Source: an uncultured delta proteobacterium
Lineage (GTDB): Bacteria; Desulfobacterota; Binatia; UBA9968
Assembly (NCBI GenBank): GCA_963816145.1
Contig: CAWFJP010000030.1
Span: forward strand, 352,001-416,000
Direction of reading: 5' to 3'
DNA length: 64,000 nt
The first letter of the stretch is position 1; each line of letters begins with the position of its first letter. The position numbers and the translations under genes were made by a program. The notes below the pieces were generated by a model, which had not been told where the DNA came from, did not search any database, and was given only the letters and a program-made list of their open reading frames with translations. Below, piece by piece: positions 49,249 through 58,252 of the stretch.

Positions 49249-49725
49249 TCAACCTGCTTGCTTGTGCACCATCTCGAGCAGTTGCTGGTAGGACTTGAGC
49301 AAATCGGTGGAGGTCACGATGCCGCAGATCGAGCCGTCGTCGTCGACCACCGGCAGGCAATTGATACGCTTCGAAAGGATTTTGGAAACCGCATCGAGGA
49401 TCGAGGTGTCGCGCTTCACGGTGATCGGATTGCGCGTCATGATTTGGTCGAGCGACTTCCCTCGTGAATTGGGATTGCGCGCCAGGCTCCGCAGAATGTC
49501 CCGGTCGGAAATAATACCAGCCAGCTTGCCATGAACGTCGACCACGATACAGTGGCGGAAGTGGCGATCGTTCATCAACCGCACCACCTCGTCGAAGCCA
49601 TGATGCGTGCTCAAGGTCACGACTCTGGCGACCATCACGTCGGCCACTTCCGTGGGACCGATGACTAAAGAAACCTTACCCGGCTGCGAGTCTCGGGACG
49701 ATTTTTCGCTTAAGCTTTGAAGCAT
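49249..49725 (-). CDS. CBS domain protein
   Basis: Two CBS repeats (GIISDRDI, GIVTSTDLL); start uncertain. Confidence 0.85.
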   Translation of the reverse strand: MLQSLSEKSSRDSQPGKVSLVIGPTEVADVMVARVVTLSTHHGFDEVVRLMNDRHFRHCIVVDVHGKLAGIISDRDILRSLARNPNSRGKSLDQIMTRNPITVKRDTSILDAVSKILSKRINCLPVVDDDGSICGIVTSTDLLKSYQQLLEMVHKQAG

Positions 49726-50071
49726 AGGGCAACCTCTCAATCTGAGCGCTTAGAAGAATCTGCTGGACAACAACTAGGAGTTTTTAGCAATTCTCACACC
49801 AGCTTCTCCGCAAACCGGACCCAGCCTGCCAGGGCGACGAGCGATACACCGATTCCAAAGAGGCTTCGAAGAAGGCCAGCAATGGGAAAAAAGTTCCTTT
49901 AAAGTACCGGCAAAGTCTGTCCAACCTAGTCGAAAGATGTCAATTTTCTGTGGCTCAATCCGCAAAATTGAATGATAGCGGGGCGCGCCGCTAATTTCTC
50001 CAGTCATCTATCTCTCCCATGAGCCCTATGCTAAAAGGTTGCTCGACTGGATAATTTAGGGGAGGTCATGA

Positions 50072-51133
50072 ATGACCCTTATTCTCAACAACAACGACGT
50101 TCAGAAGGCGCTCACTGTGAAAGATTGTCTGAATGTCATGGAGGACTCTTACCGCGAGCAGGCCGAAAGCCGCGCCGTCAACCGGCCGACATGCCATTCC
50201 TATCTGCCGCACTCATTGCCCAACTCGACTTATAGTTTTAAGTCCGTCGATGGCGGTGTCGGCAAGTACGGTGTCTTGGCCTTGCGCGTCACTTCGGACG
50301 TCGTCCAAGAACAAGAAATCCATGGCACCGTGCGCCTGGAAAAAATCCCACTGGCGGGGAAAGGACTATTCGTCGGCCTGGTGCAACTTTACAGCTCGGA
50401 GACCGGCGAGCTGTTAGCCATCATGCCCGACGGCTTGATCCAGCAAACCCGCGTCGGCGTCACCAGCGCGCTCGGGATGAAAGTCATGGCGCGAAACAAT
50501 TCCGAGACATTAGGCCTTATCGGCTCCGGCGGCCAGGCCAAAGCGCATTACCGCTACATGACCGCGGTGATGCCGGTCAAAAAAGTCAAAGTCTTCAGCC
50601 CAAATGCCGAGCACTGTAAAGTCTTCGTCGCCGAGATGGAAAAGGAAACCGGCGTGGCCGGCGAACCGGTGGCAAGCCCGGAGCAGGCAGTGCGCGGCTG
50701 CGATGTGATTTGCAGCGCGACCAATTCATCGCGCCCGGTGGTTAAGCTCGATTGGCTCGAAGCCGGTATGCACTACAACTCGATCCGTGAGTTCGAAACC
50801 GATCTCGCCGTCTTAGACAAATGCGATCCGATCGCGATCCACACCAACTTTGGCGGCATTCAGCACTTCCAACCGCCAGGAATCAACGAGGACATGCCCG
50901 GTGTGCGCCGTGAGAAACCGCGCGATTGGTCGAAGTATCCCGAGATTTGCGACTTGATTGCCGGCAAAGCGCCGAGCCGGACCAACGATAAGCAGATCAG
51001 TTTTTTCTTGAACAACGTCGGCACCGGCGTTCAATTCGCCGCCATGGGCTACTGCGCCTACAAAGCCGCCAAAGAGAACGGCATGGGGCATGAGATCCCG
51101 AGCGAATGGTTTATGCAGGATATCAAGCCGTAA
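50072..51133 (+). CDS. Ornithine cyclodeaminase/mu-crystallin family protein
   Basis: GLIGSGGQA, SATNS, NNVGTGVQ; RBS GGAGG. Confidence 0.88.
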   Translation: MTLILNNNDVQKALTVKDCLNVMEDSYREQAESRAVNRPTCHSYLPHSLPNSTYSFKSVDGGVGKYGVLALRVTSDVVQEQEIHGTVRLEKIPLAGKGLFVGLVQLYSSETGELLAIMPDGLIQQTRVGVTSALGMKVMARNNSETLGLIGSGGQAKAHYRYMTAVMPVKKVKVFSPNAEHCKVFVAEMEKETGVAGEPVASPEQAVRGCDVICSATNSSRPVVKLDWLEAGMHYNSIREFETDLAVLDKCDPIAIHTNFGGIQHFQPPGINEDMPGVRREKPRDWSKYPEICDLIAGKAPSRTNDKQISFFLNNVGTGVQFAAMGYCAYKAAKENGMGHEIPSEWFMQDIKP

Positions 51134-51149
51134 ACGAGAAATTGCCCGC

Positions 51150-52184
51150 TTACCGGCCCATCAATTTCTTGAGTTTGTCCACCACATCCTTAGGCTGAGA
51201 CATGACCTCAGTCGCCAAGGCCTGCACTTCTTCACCGGTGGTCGGATCCATGTCCAACCGCTTCTTCTTGGTCTCGGCGAGAAAATCCGGGTCTTTCATG
51301 GTTTTGGTAAAGGCGTCGCGCAGCATTTTCACCACCTCGGCAGGTATCTTGGGCGGTGCCATGTAGGGGCGATGAAATTCCCCGGAGGCCAATAGCGCCG
51401 TTGCCAAGCGCCGGCCGGTTTCCGTGGTTTTGTACTTGTCCATCAACTCGTAAACCGTCGGCACATTGGCGAGCTTCTCAAGCCTAACTTTTCCACCTTG
51501 CATCAGTTCGCGTGAAAAGCCGTTCTTGCGCCAAGTGAGAAAAGGCTCCCGCGAAAAATACGCCTCGGTGCTAAGTGACCGGCAAACGATCTCGCCGCGC
51601 TCGACGCCAAGATCGATCTCATTGCCGCCTTGATAGCCGGCTACGACGTTAAATCTCGCGCCGACGGTTTCCTCCAACAATTTCGGTACAAAGTACCCCA
51701 TATTGCTTAAGCCGGTGGTGCCGCACTTGGGCGGTTCCTTGGCGTTGCGCACGTCTTCGATCGACTTGAACGGTGCGTCGGCGCGCATGTAAAGCACCTG
51801 CGGCGACTTGGTCGCGTTGCCGATCCAGTTAAACTTGGTCCAGTCGAACTTGACTTCAGAACGGCCAATCAACTGCTCGAAATAAAGCCCGGCATTGATC
51901 GCCCCCATCGTCAGCCCATCCGGCTTGGCGACGTTGTACACATAATTCGCAGCAATCATATGGCCGGCGCCCGGCATATTCTGCACAATGATGTTGGGAC
52001 TACCTGGCAAGTATTTGCCCATGAATAAAGCGATGGACCGAGCATATAGATCGTACAGATCGCCAGCCACAGTGCCGACGATGATGGTCACGGTCTTTCC
52101 CTGAAAATAGGGAGTTTGACCGTAGGCTGGAAAAATCACGAATGAATTGATCGCGAAGAACAACAGAGCAGGTTTAATTCTCAT
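51150..52184 (-). CDS. Tripartite tricarboxylate transporter substrate-binding protein (TctC/Bug)
   Basis: Signal peptide, VQNMPGAG, AKPDGLT, GYQGG...ERGE. Confidence 0.88.
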   Translation of the reverse strand: MRIKPALLFFAINSFVIFPAYGQTPYFQGKTVTIIVGTVAGDLYDLYARSIALFMGKYLPGSPNIIVQNMPGAGHMIAANYVYNVAKPDGLTMGAINAGLYFEQLIGRSEVKFDWTKFNWIGNATKSPQVLYMRADAPFKSIEDVRNAKEPPKCGTTGLSNMGYFVPKLLEETVGARFNVVAGYQGGNEIDLGVERGEIVCRSLSTEAYFSREPFLTWRKNGFSRELMQGGKVRLEKLANVPTVYELMDKYKTTETGRRLATALLASGEFHRPYMAPPKIPAEVVKMLRDAFTKTMKDPDFLAETKKKRLDMDPTTGEEVQALATEVMSQPKDVVDKLKKLMGR

Positions 52185-52252
52185 TGTTTCACTTTCCTCC
52201 TTTGGCCGACGATGGAACTTTTGTTTCGTGGAACCTCGCGCATTTTTTCCGG

Positions 52253-53314
52253 TTATTCGGACAAGATTTTCTTAACCCGCTCGATGACGTCGGGCGGCTG
52301 CGTCATGATCTCGTTTACGAGGGTTTGCAACTCCTCTCCGCTCGTCGGGTCCATATCCATACGGCCCTTTTTAGCTTCGGCGATGAGCTCCGGGTCTTTC
52401 ATCGACCGGGCATAGGCTTCGCGCAGCATTTTGACGCGATCCGGCGGCGTGCCCGGCGCCACCAGCATGAAACGGCCGAACTCGGCGCCGCCGAGTAATA
52501 CACTGGCAATGCGCCGGTTGGTCTCGGCGGTTTTGAATTGGTCCATTAGCTCGTAGACCGTTGGCGTGTCGGCAACCACCGCCTCACGCTTGCGCCCGGT
52601 CTGAATGAGATGGCGATCGAAGCCCTTCTTATGCCAACTATCGAACGGTTCCCGGCCAAAATGCGGCAAGATAGTGTTGCCGCGGCATTGAATCTCGCCG
52701 CGCTCCACCGCCAGATCGATCTCGTTCCCACCCGGATAACCCATCACCGTGTTGATCTTGGCGCCGAAGGCCACTTCCAACACCCGGTCGACTATATATC
52801 CCGCGCTGCCCACGCCGGTGCTGCCGCACTTCGGCGCTTCTTTGGCTTTGATGATGTCGCCGATGGTTTTGAACGGCGCATCGGCGCGCATGTAGAGCAG
52901 CATGTAATTTTTCTCTTGCGAGCCAACGATGTGAAACTTGCGCAGATCGAAGCGCACTTCCTTGCTGCCCGAGAGCTGCTCCAGATAAATATTGCTGTTG
53001 GGCATCACCGCGGTCAGCCCATCGGGCTTGGCCACGCCGTAGACATAATTGGTCGCTGTGAGCGACCCACCGCCCGGCATATTCTGCACGATGAAGTTGG
53101 GATTGCCCGGGATATGCTTCGGCATGATCCGCGACAATAACCGCGCCCAGCGATCGTAAAATCCCCCAGCCGTTGCGCCGACGATAATCTTCATCTGCTT
53201 GTCTTTGTAAAAATCGCTCTGGGCAACAGTCCGGGGAGCCCACAGCGCGTTCATCAACATCGCCGCCACAAAAACCATTCCAAATCGCAACCTAATCAGT
53301 CCTGCCAATTTCAT
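52253..53314 (-). CDS. Tripartite tricarboxylate transporter substrate-binding protein (TctC/Bug)
   Basis: GATAGGFYD, VQNMPGGG, AKPDGLT, GYPGG; paralogue of neighbour. Confidence 0.88.
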   Translation of the reverse strand: MKLAGLIRLRFGMVFVAAMLMNALWAPRTVAQSDFYKDKQMKIIVGATAGGFYDRWARLLSRIMPKHIPGNPNFIVQNMPGGGSLTATNYVYGVAKPDGLTAVMPNSNIYLEQLSGSKEVRFDLRKFHIVGSQEKNYMLLYMRADAPFKTIGDIIKAKEAPKCGSTGVGSAGYIVDRVLEVAFGAKINTVMGYPGGNEIDLAVERGEIQCRGNTILPHFGREPFDSWHKKGFDRHLIQTGRKREAVVADTPTVYELMDQFKTAETNRRIASVLLGGAEFGRFMLVAPGTPPDRVKMLREAYARSMKDPELIAEAKKGRMDMDPTSGEELQTLVNEIMTQPPDVIERVKKILSE

Positions 53315-53373
53315 CCTTTCGCCCTCATCCTTCATCCCTAATTCCATTTTCCAAACCTTGAACTCTTGAACCA
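53309..53373. repeat. Degenerate heptameric tandem repeats (TTCATCC, CTTGAAC)
   Basis: ttcatcctttcgccctcatccttcatccct...ccttgaactcttgaacc. Confidence 0.4.
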
Positions 53374-53378
53374 ATATT

Positions 53379-54494
53379 CTACCAAGTCTCCGCCCGACCG
53401 CCCTGCACCCACCAGTTCAGGCGCGGCTCGACCTTCAGCTCGTAGCCTTTACCATGTTGCTTGGCGAGATCGAAACACTTTTTCGCCAGCGCAATATCGA
53501 CGATGCCCTGGCCGCCCTGATTCTTGTAAAGAATGATTTGCTTGTCGTTGGTTCGCCCTTTGACTTTGCCGGCAAGCACATCGGAGATCTCGACGACTTT
53601 ATCCCAAGTGATGACACCGTCCTGCACGGGCCAGTATATATCGCCCTGCTGCGAATCGATCGCCTGCGCTTTCGACAGCGCGACGATAAAGTCACAGCGT
53701 TTGAGCGTGCCGTCGTCGATCTCCCGGCGCGGCTTGTCAAGGTTGCCGCTTTTGACCAGTTCGATGTTGCTGCCGATGACCGAAATGATGTACTGCCCTT
53801 GTTCCAACCAGGCGCCGTCAAGCACCGGCACATTGGTATTGGTCATGCAGAGAATGATGTCGACATCCTGCGCCGCCAGCTCCGGCTTGTCCACCGGCCG
53901 CACCGTCACGCCAGTGCGAGCGCTGATCTTTTTGGCAAAGCCTTCGCGATGCGATGGCGTCGGACTGAATACTTTGGCGCTGTCGATCTTGCGCATCTCG
54001 CAGAGGCCGGCGAACGTCGCCCAAGCCTGCTGTCCCGAACCGTAAATGCCGACCCGTCGCGCATCTTTGCGGGCGAACAGATCGAGCCCTGCCAAGCTCG
54101 TCGCCGGCGTGCGCAGATCTGCCACCCCGGTAAAATCCCGCGGCCGATGCGCCATCACACCCAAAAGCGATCCGGTGTCCGAATCGTAAATCAGCGCCAA
54201 CTCAGTCTGATCCGGATTGAATGGCGGCCGCTTCTGCGTCGTGCCCGAGATCGCTTTACGATGGAGCGCCACCTGCGCCCCCACCGCGCCGTAGTTCGCC
54301 GAGCCGCCGGCGTAAATGTTCAGAACCGTGTCGAAAGTCCCTTCGCCGACGTTGCGATGGAGATTTAACCGTTTACGCGGCGCACAGACACCCGAGGGCG
54401 TTATCATATCGCGCAGCGCATTCTCCGTGATCTGCACCGCGTCCGTGATTGGAATCATCTGATCGACATCGTCTGAATGAAAAAAAAGTGCCAT
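53379..54494 (-). CDS. Ornithine cyclodeaminase/mu-crystallin family protein
   Basis: GIYGSGQQA, CMTNT, RREID, YKNQGGQG. Confidence 0.86.
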   Translation of the reverse strand: MALFFHSDDVDQMIPITDAVQITENALRDMITPSGVCAPRKRLNLHRNVGEGTFDTVLNIYAGGSANYGAVGAQVALHRKAISGTTQKRPPFNPDQTELALIYDSDTGSLLGVMAHRPRDFTGVADLRTPATSLAGLDLFARKDARRVGIYGSGQQAWATFAGLCEMRKIDSAKVFSPTPSHREGFAKKISARTGVTVRPVDKPELAAQDVDIILCMTNTNVPVLDGAWLEQGQYIISVIGSNIELVKSGNLDKPRREIDDGTLKRCDFIVALSKAQAIDSQQGDIYWPVQDGVITWDKVVEISDVLAGKVKGRTNDKQIILYKNQGGQGIVDIALAKKCFDLAKQHGKGYELKVEPRLNWWVQGGRAETW

Positions 54495-54523
54495 CGTGAA
54501 TCTCCCAAAAACCACAAATATCA

Positions 54524-55519
54524 TTAACCGCTAAAATCGGTGTCCCATAGTCTTCTCATCTTGTTTATTGGTTCTTCAGTCAACCCCGGCATCTCCGCGC
54601 ACGCCACCGCCACATCGACATGCGTGGTATTGGAAAATCCCACCAGCACCGCGGCGGTCGTCTGATGCATCAAGCCGAAGCGAATCGCAGCTTGGGTCAG
54701 ATCATTGCCCGCGACGCCGAGCGCGGCTTTAACCTTCTCCGTGCGTTGGAGATCGAGGGGATAGTCCGAACCTGGCGACAGCGTGTTACCGCTGCCGCCA
54801 CCGCCGGCGCTGGGATCGGCGGTCAGAGCGCCGGCGGCGAGAATGCGGATGATAAAGGCGCCCATGCCTTTGGCCGCGGCGCGCTCGAGGATCAAACCGT
54901 AATCCTGCGCGCTGAAGTTCTTCGGCACCGGCTGGCCGGCGCTGGGGTTGAGCAGATTGTAGTAGCACTGAAAGCCGTGGAACTCGCCGCTGTCGACCAG
55001 CTCGTGCAGCGCCGGGGTTTCGCCGAGGCCGCTGAAACCGAAGAAGCCGACTTTGCTGCGGGCCCGCATCGCTTTGAATCCCTCAATGACGCCGCCCTGA
55101 CCGAGCACGTCGTGCGGCGTCAGACTGAAGCGCTTTTCCATGCCGCGCGTCTGGGTCACACGGGTATGAAGTTGCACGAAGTCGACGCGCTCGCGGCCGA
55201 GTCGATCGAGCCCGGCTTCGACGGCGCGAACCGTCGCCGCTTTGATATCGCTCAGGCAATCGGCTTCGAGCCGAATCTTGGTCGAGATCACCGGATTGAC
55301 ACCGAGGTCCTTGAGAATGCGCCCCAGGTTCTCCTCGGACTTGCCCAAGCCGTAAGCGAACGCGGTGTCAAAAAATGTGATACCGGCATCCAACGCGCGC
55401 CTAACGACTTTTACTTGCTCGTCATAACGGGCTCTAACCATAAGCACGGCGTTGTTGCCACAGCCGAAACCGATCTCGGAAACCTTCACACCGGTGCTGC
55501 CGATGGTTCGATAACGCAT
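54524..55519 (-). CDS. Aldo/keto reductase
   Basis: DTAFAYG, STK, QLH catalytic tetrad; RBS GGAGG. Confidence 0.9.
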   Translation of the reverse strand: MRYRTIGSTGVKVSEIGFGCGNNAVLMVRARYDEQVKVVRRALDAGITFFDTAFAYGLGKSEENLGRILKDLGVNPVISTKIRLEADCLSDIKAATVRAVEAGLDRLGRERVDFVQLHTRVTQTRGMEKRFSLTPHDVLGQGGVIEGFKAMRARSKVGFFGFSGLGETPALHELVDSGEFHGFQCYYNLLNPSAGQPVPKNFSAQDYGLILERAAAKGMGAFIIRILAAGALTADPSAGGGGSGNTLSPGSDYPLDLQRTEKVKAALGVAGNDLTQAAIRFGLMHQTTAAVLVGFSNTTHVDVAVACAEMPGLTEEPINKMRRLWDTDFSG

Positions 55520-55570
55520 GATTACCTCCACGGGAAAAAAATTACCCAATCATCGCCTTGATTCGTCCGA

Positions 55571-55791
55571 TCCCCCCTTTGGCAAAGAGACTGTGTCGCA
55601 ACTGTCATTCCGAGGCCAAGCCGAGGAATCTCTTCTTCGTATGTGGCTGAGAATACGAGATCCCTCGCTTTGCTCGGGACGACAGATGTGGGGCATTTGC
55701 GCATTACGACACAGCCTCAAAGGGGGGAAGGGGGGATTTTCTTAGGCGAATGACTCAAATCCCCCTCGGTCCCCCTTTTTCAAAGAGGGAA
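55571..55791. repeat. CCCCCCTTT-N3-AAAGGGGGG palindromic repeat element, interrupted by a MITE
   Basis: tccccccttt ggc aaa [insert] aaaggggggaaggggggatttt...aaatccccctcggtccccctttttcaaagaggga; partial relative at 40701-40725. Confidence 0.65.
55587..55718. mobile_element. MITE with 15-bp TIRs and AAA target duplication, carrying an internal REP
   Basis: GAGACTGTGTCGCAA...TTACGACACAGCCTC (13/15 complementary), flanked by AAA on both sides; internal ctgtcattccgag...ctcgggacgacag at 55602-55685. Confidence 0.65.
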
Positions 55792-55825
55792 GCTCGGAGC
55801 TCGCTATCGATAAAATATTGCGACT

Positions 55826-56518
55826 TCATAGCATCGCCAGTAATGCCACCACCGCATGCGTGTCGCTCAGATCCGCCAGACAAGCATCGGCCTGCCAATA
55901 CTCCAGCTCTTCTACCGGATAACGGCCAGTGCCGACAAGTACGCATTTCATGCCGTTGGCGCGGGCGCACTCCAAATCTTTCGGCGTGTCGCCGACGATG
56001 ACACATTCCCCCGCCGCAATCGTTCGCCCGGCGGCCATCTCCCAGCGCGTTCTGGCGATCGCCGGCAAGTCCGGCCGGTGCTCGGAATCGCTGGCATAGG
56101 CACCGCGACTCAAGTAGCTTCCCAGACCGGCGGAATCGAGTTTCACTTGAGCCGTCGCTTCGAAGTTCCCCGTAACTACGCTCGAGTGAAACTCCGCTAC
56201 GGCGGACAAATGCTGCAACAGCGAATCCGCCCCGGGCAGCGGCCGAATCGTCGTCGCGCCGCTGGCCACATGGTGACGGTAGCTCGCCTGCAACTGCGAC
56301 GTGAATTGCGCCCACTGGTCCGGTTCAACAATGATCTCCACACCGGCTTTGGTAAATATATCCTTGACGATCAGCGGATCGGTATTGCCGTCCGGAACCA
56401 CCGTGCGAATATCGACGGCAAAACCGAAGGTTTTCAAAATAGCATCGTTGAACGGCAAATAACCGTTCTGCGTCCGCGTCAGCGTGCCGTCGATGTCGAA
56501 AAGAATCAGTCGTTCCAT
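55826..56518 (-). CDS. HAD family hydrolase
   Basis: FDIDGTL, VTGN, VGDTPKD. Confidence 0.9.
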   Translation of the reverse strand: MERLILFDIDGTLTRTQNGYLPFNDAILKTFGFAVDIRTVVPDGNTDPLIVKDIFTKAGVEIIVEPDQWAQFTSQLQASYRHHVASGATTIRPLPGADSLLQHLSAVAEFHSSVVTGNFEATAQVKLDSAGLGSYLSRGAYASDSEHRPDLPAIARTRWEMAAGRTIAAGECVIVGDTPKDLECARANGMKCVLVGTGRYPVEELEYWQADACLADLSDTHAVVALLAML

Positions 56519-56643
56519 GGTGAAAAAGACAAGTATTTGCAACAGACGCGGCTTCGCCTCTTGGTTCTCCTATCGCAAATCTCGGTCCCTGTCGCTATCT
56601 CGCCCATAGTTCTCGGTTTCGCCCCTGTCTGGTAGCCGCGACA

Positions 56644-56672
56644 TTGACATTGCGGTCGCTACAAGATAGAAG
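56644..56672 (+). promoter_or_regulatory. Sigma70 promoter of the riboswitch leader
   Basis: TTGACA-17 nt-TAGAAG. Confidence 0.6.
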
Positions 56673-56683
56673 TTTTTCGTAAG

Positions 56684-56758
56684 TTTTGCGCGACTGGCGT
56701 CAACGTGGAATCGACCACGAGGGAGTGCAAAGCATTAAGACGGCCGAACGCCTGGGTC
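56684..56758 (+). ncRNA. ZMP/ZTP (pfl) riboswitch
   Basis: P1 tttgcgc/gtgcaaa, CGACTGGCG, P2 gtgg/ccac, GGGAG, linker, P3 GCCGaaCGCCTGGG with GGCG/CGCC pseudoknot. Confidence 0.85.
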
Positions 56759-56786
56759 TCTTAACGATAGAGGTCCAGGTTTTTTT
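56751..56786 (+). terminator. Riboswitch expression-platform terminator
   Basis: cctgggtctct...agaggtccagg followed by T7, overlapping the aptamer 3' end. Confidence 0.8.
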
Positions 56787-56883
56787 GTGGACAACGCGCC
56801 GTAAGTTAACCGCCGACGCCTAATTTTTTCCACTTCAAATCCTGCCATAGCATGATAGTCCTTAGTTAGTATGGAGTTGAGGC

Positions 56884-58026
56884 ATGATTAAGCAATATCT
56901 TCTGTCCCCCGGTCCAACGCCGATCCCCAACGAAGTGGCCTTGGCCATGGCCGAGACAATGATTCATCACCGCACGCCGCAGTTTAACAAAATCTTCGAC
57001 GAAGCCCGTGACGGTCTCAAAAAACTTTTCGGCACCAAAAACGATGTCCTGATCCTGGCGTCTTCCGGCACCGGCGCCATGGAAGCAGCGGTGGCCAATC
57101 TGTTTTCGCCCGGCGATAAAGTCTTGGTGATCAATGGCGGTAAATTCGGCGAGCGCTGGTTGAATATTTCCAATGCCTTCGGCCTAAATCCCATCGAAAT
57201 GAAAGTCGAGTGGGGCCAGGCTGTCAAAGTCGCCGATGTCGAAAAGCAGCTCAAAGCCAATCCCGACATTCAGGGTGTGATGATTCAGGCGAGCGAGACG
57301 TCGACCACCGTACTGCACCCTATCAGAGAAATCGCCGAGTTAACCCAGAACGGCCCGCTCTTCCTGGTCGATGGCGTCACTGCCGTCGGTGTCGTCTCGC
57401 TGCCGCTCGACGAATGGGGCCTCGACGTGCTCGTCACCGGCTCGCAAAAGGCGCTCATGCTGCCGCCGGGCTTGGGCTTCATCGCACTCAGCGACCGTGC
57501 CTGGGAGAAGACCAAGAAGGCCAAGCTGCCGCGCTTTTACTTCGACCTGAACTTGGAACGCAAAAACCAGCAGAAGGGTTCCGGCGCATTCACCCCGGCG
57601 GTCTCGTTGATCTTTGGCGTGCGCGCGTCGCTGCAAATGATGCAGCGCGAAGGCTTACAGAATGTCTACGCGCGCCATGATCGCTTGTGCCGGGCGACTC
57701 GCGCCGCAGCCAAGGCCATGGGGCTAAAGCTCCTAGCGCCCGACAGCCCGAGTCCGGCGGCCACAGGAATTTATCTGCCCACGGGCATCGATGCCGACGC
57801 TGTGCTCGAATATCTGCGCGACAAGATGAACGTCACCCTGGCCGAAGGCCAAGATCAACTCAAAGGCAAAGCGATTCGCATCGCCCATATCGGCTTCATG
57901 GGCGCCTTCGACGTGATCACGGCGATTGCCGCCTTAGAGATGGCGCTCAGAAAATTCGGCGCGGAAATCCCCTTCGGCAAAGGCGTTGCCGCGGCGCAGG
58001 AAGTTTTGATGGAGGCGCTGGCTTAG
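56884..58026 (+). CDS. Class V PLP aminotransferase (alanine-glyoxylate/serine-pyruvate family; probable phosphoserine aminotransferase)
   Basis: PGPTP, SSGTGAME, GSQKALM; directly upstream of serA. Confidence 0.9.
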   Translation: MIKQYLLSPGPTPIPNEVALAMAETMIHHRTPQFNKIFDEARDGLKKLFGTKNDVLILASSGTGAMEAAVANLFSPGDKVLVINGGKFGERWLNISNAFGLNPIEMKVEWGQAVKVADVEKQLKANPDIQGVMIQASETSTTVLHPIREIAELTQNGPLFLVDGVTAVGVVSLPLDEWGLDVLVTGSQKALMLPPGLGFIALSDRAWEKTKKAKLPRFYFDLNLERKNQQKGSGAFTPAVSLIFGVRASLQMMQREGLQNVYARHDRLCRATRAAAKAMGLKLLAPDSPSPAATGIYLPTGIDADAVLEYLRDKMNVTLAEGQDQLKGKAIRIAHIGFMGAFDVITAIAALEMALRKFGAEIPFGKGVAAAQEVLMEALA

Positions 58027-58119
58027 CGAAGTCGAAATTCGCGGATGGAGGATAGCAGATCGCGTCGATCTCTATCGTGGACGTAAAAATCGATTCTTCA
58101 GGATTAGTGTGAAGATGTT

Positions 58120-58185
58120 TTCACCACGAAGGACACGAAGAGCGCGAAGTTCTGAATCTTAACCGTCCGTGTCCTTCGTTGCGAA
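58120..58185. repeat. Palindromic REP-like element (CACGAAGGA units)
   Basis: ttcaccacgaaggacacg...cgtgtccttcgttgcgaa inverted repeat. Confidence 0.55.
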
Positions 58186-58252
58186 CAAAACAATCGGGAC
58201 GTGATGGGTTCATCACACGATATCCTGAGAAAATCACAGCATGGAAGCAAAG

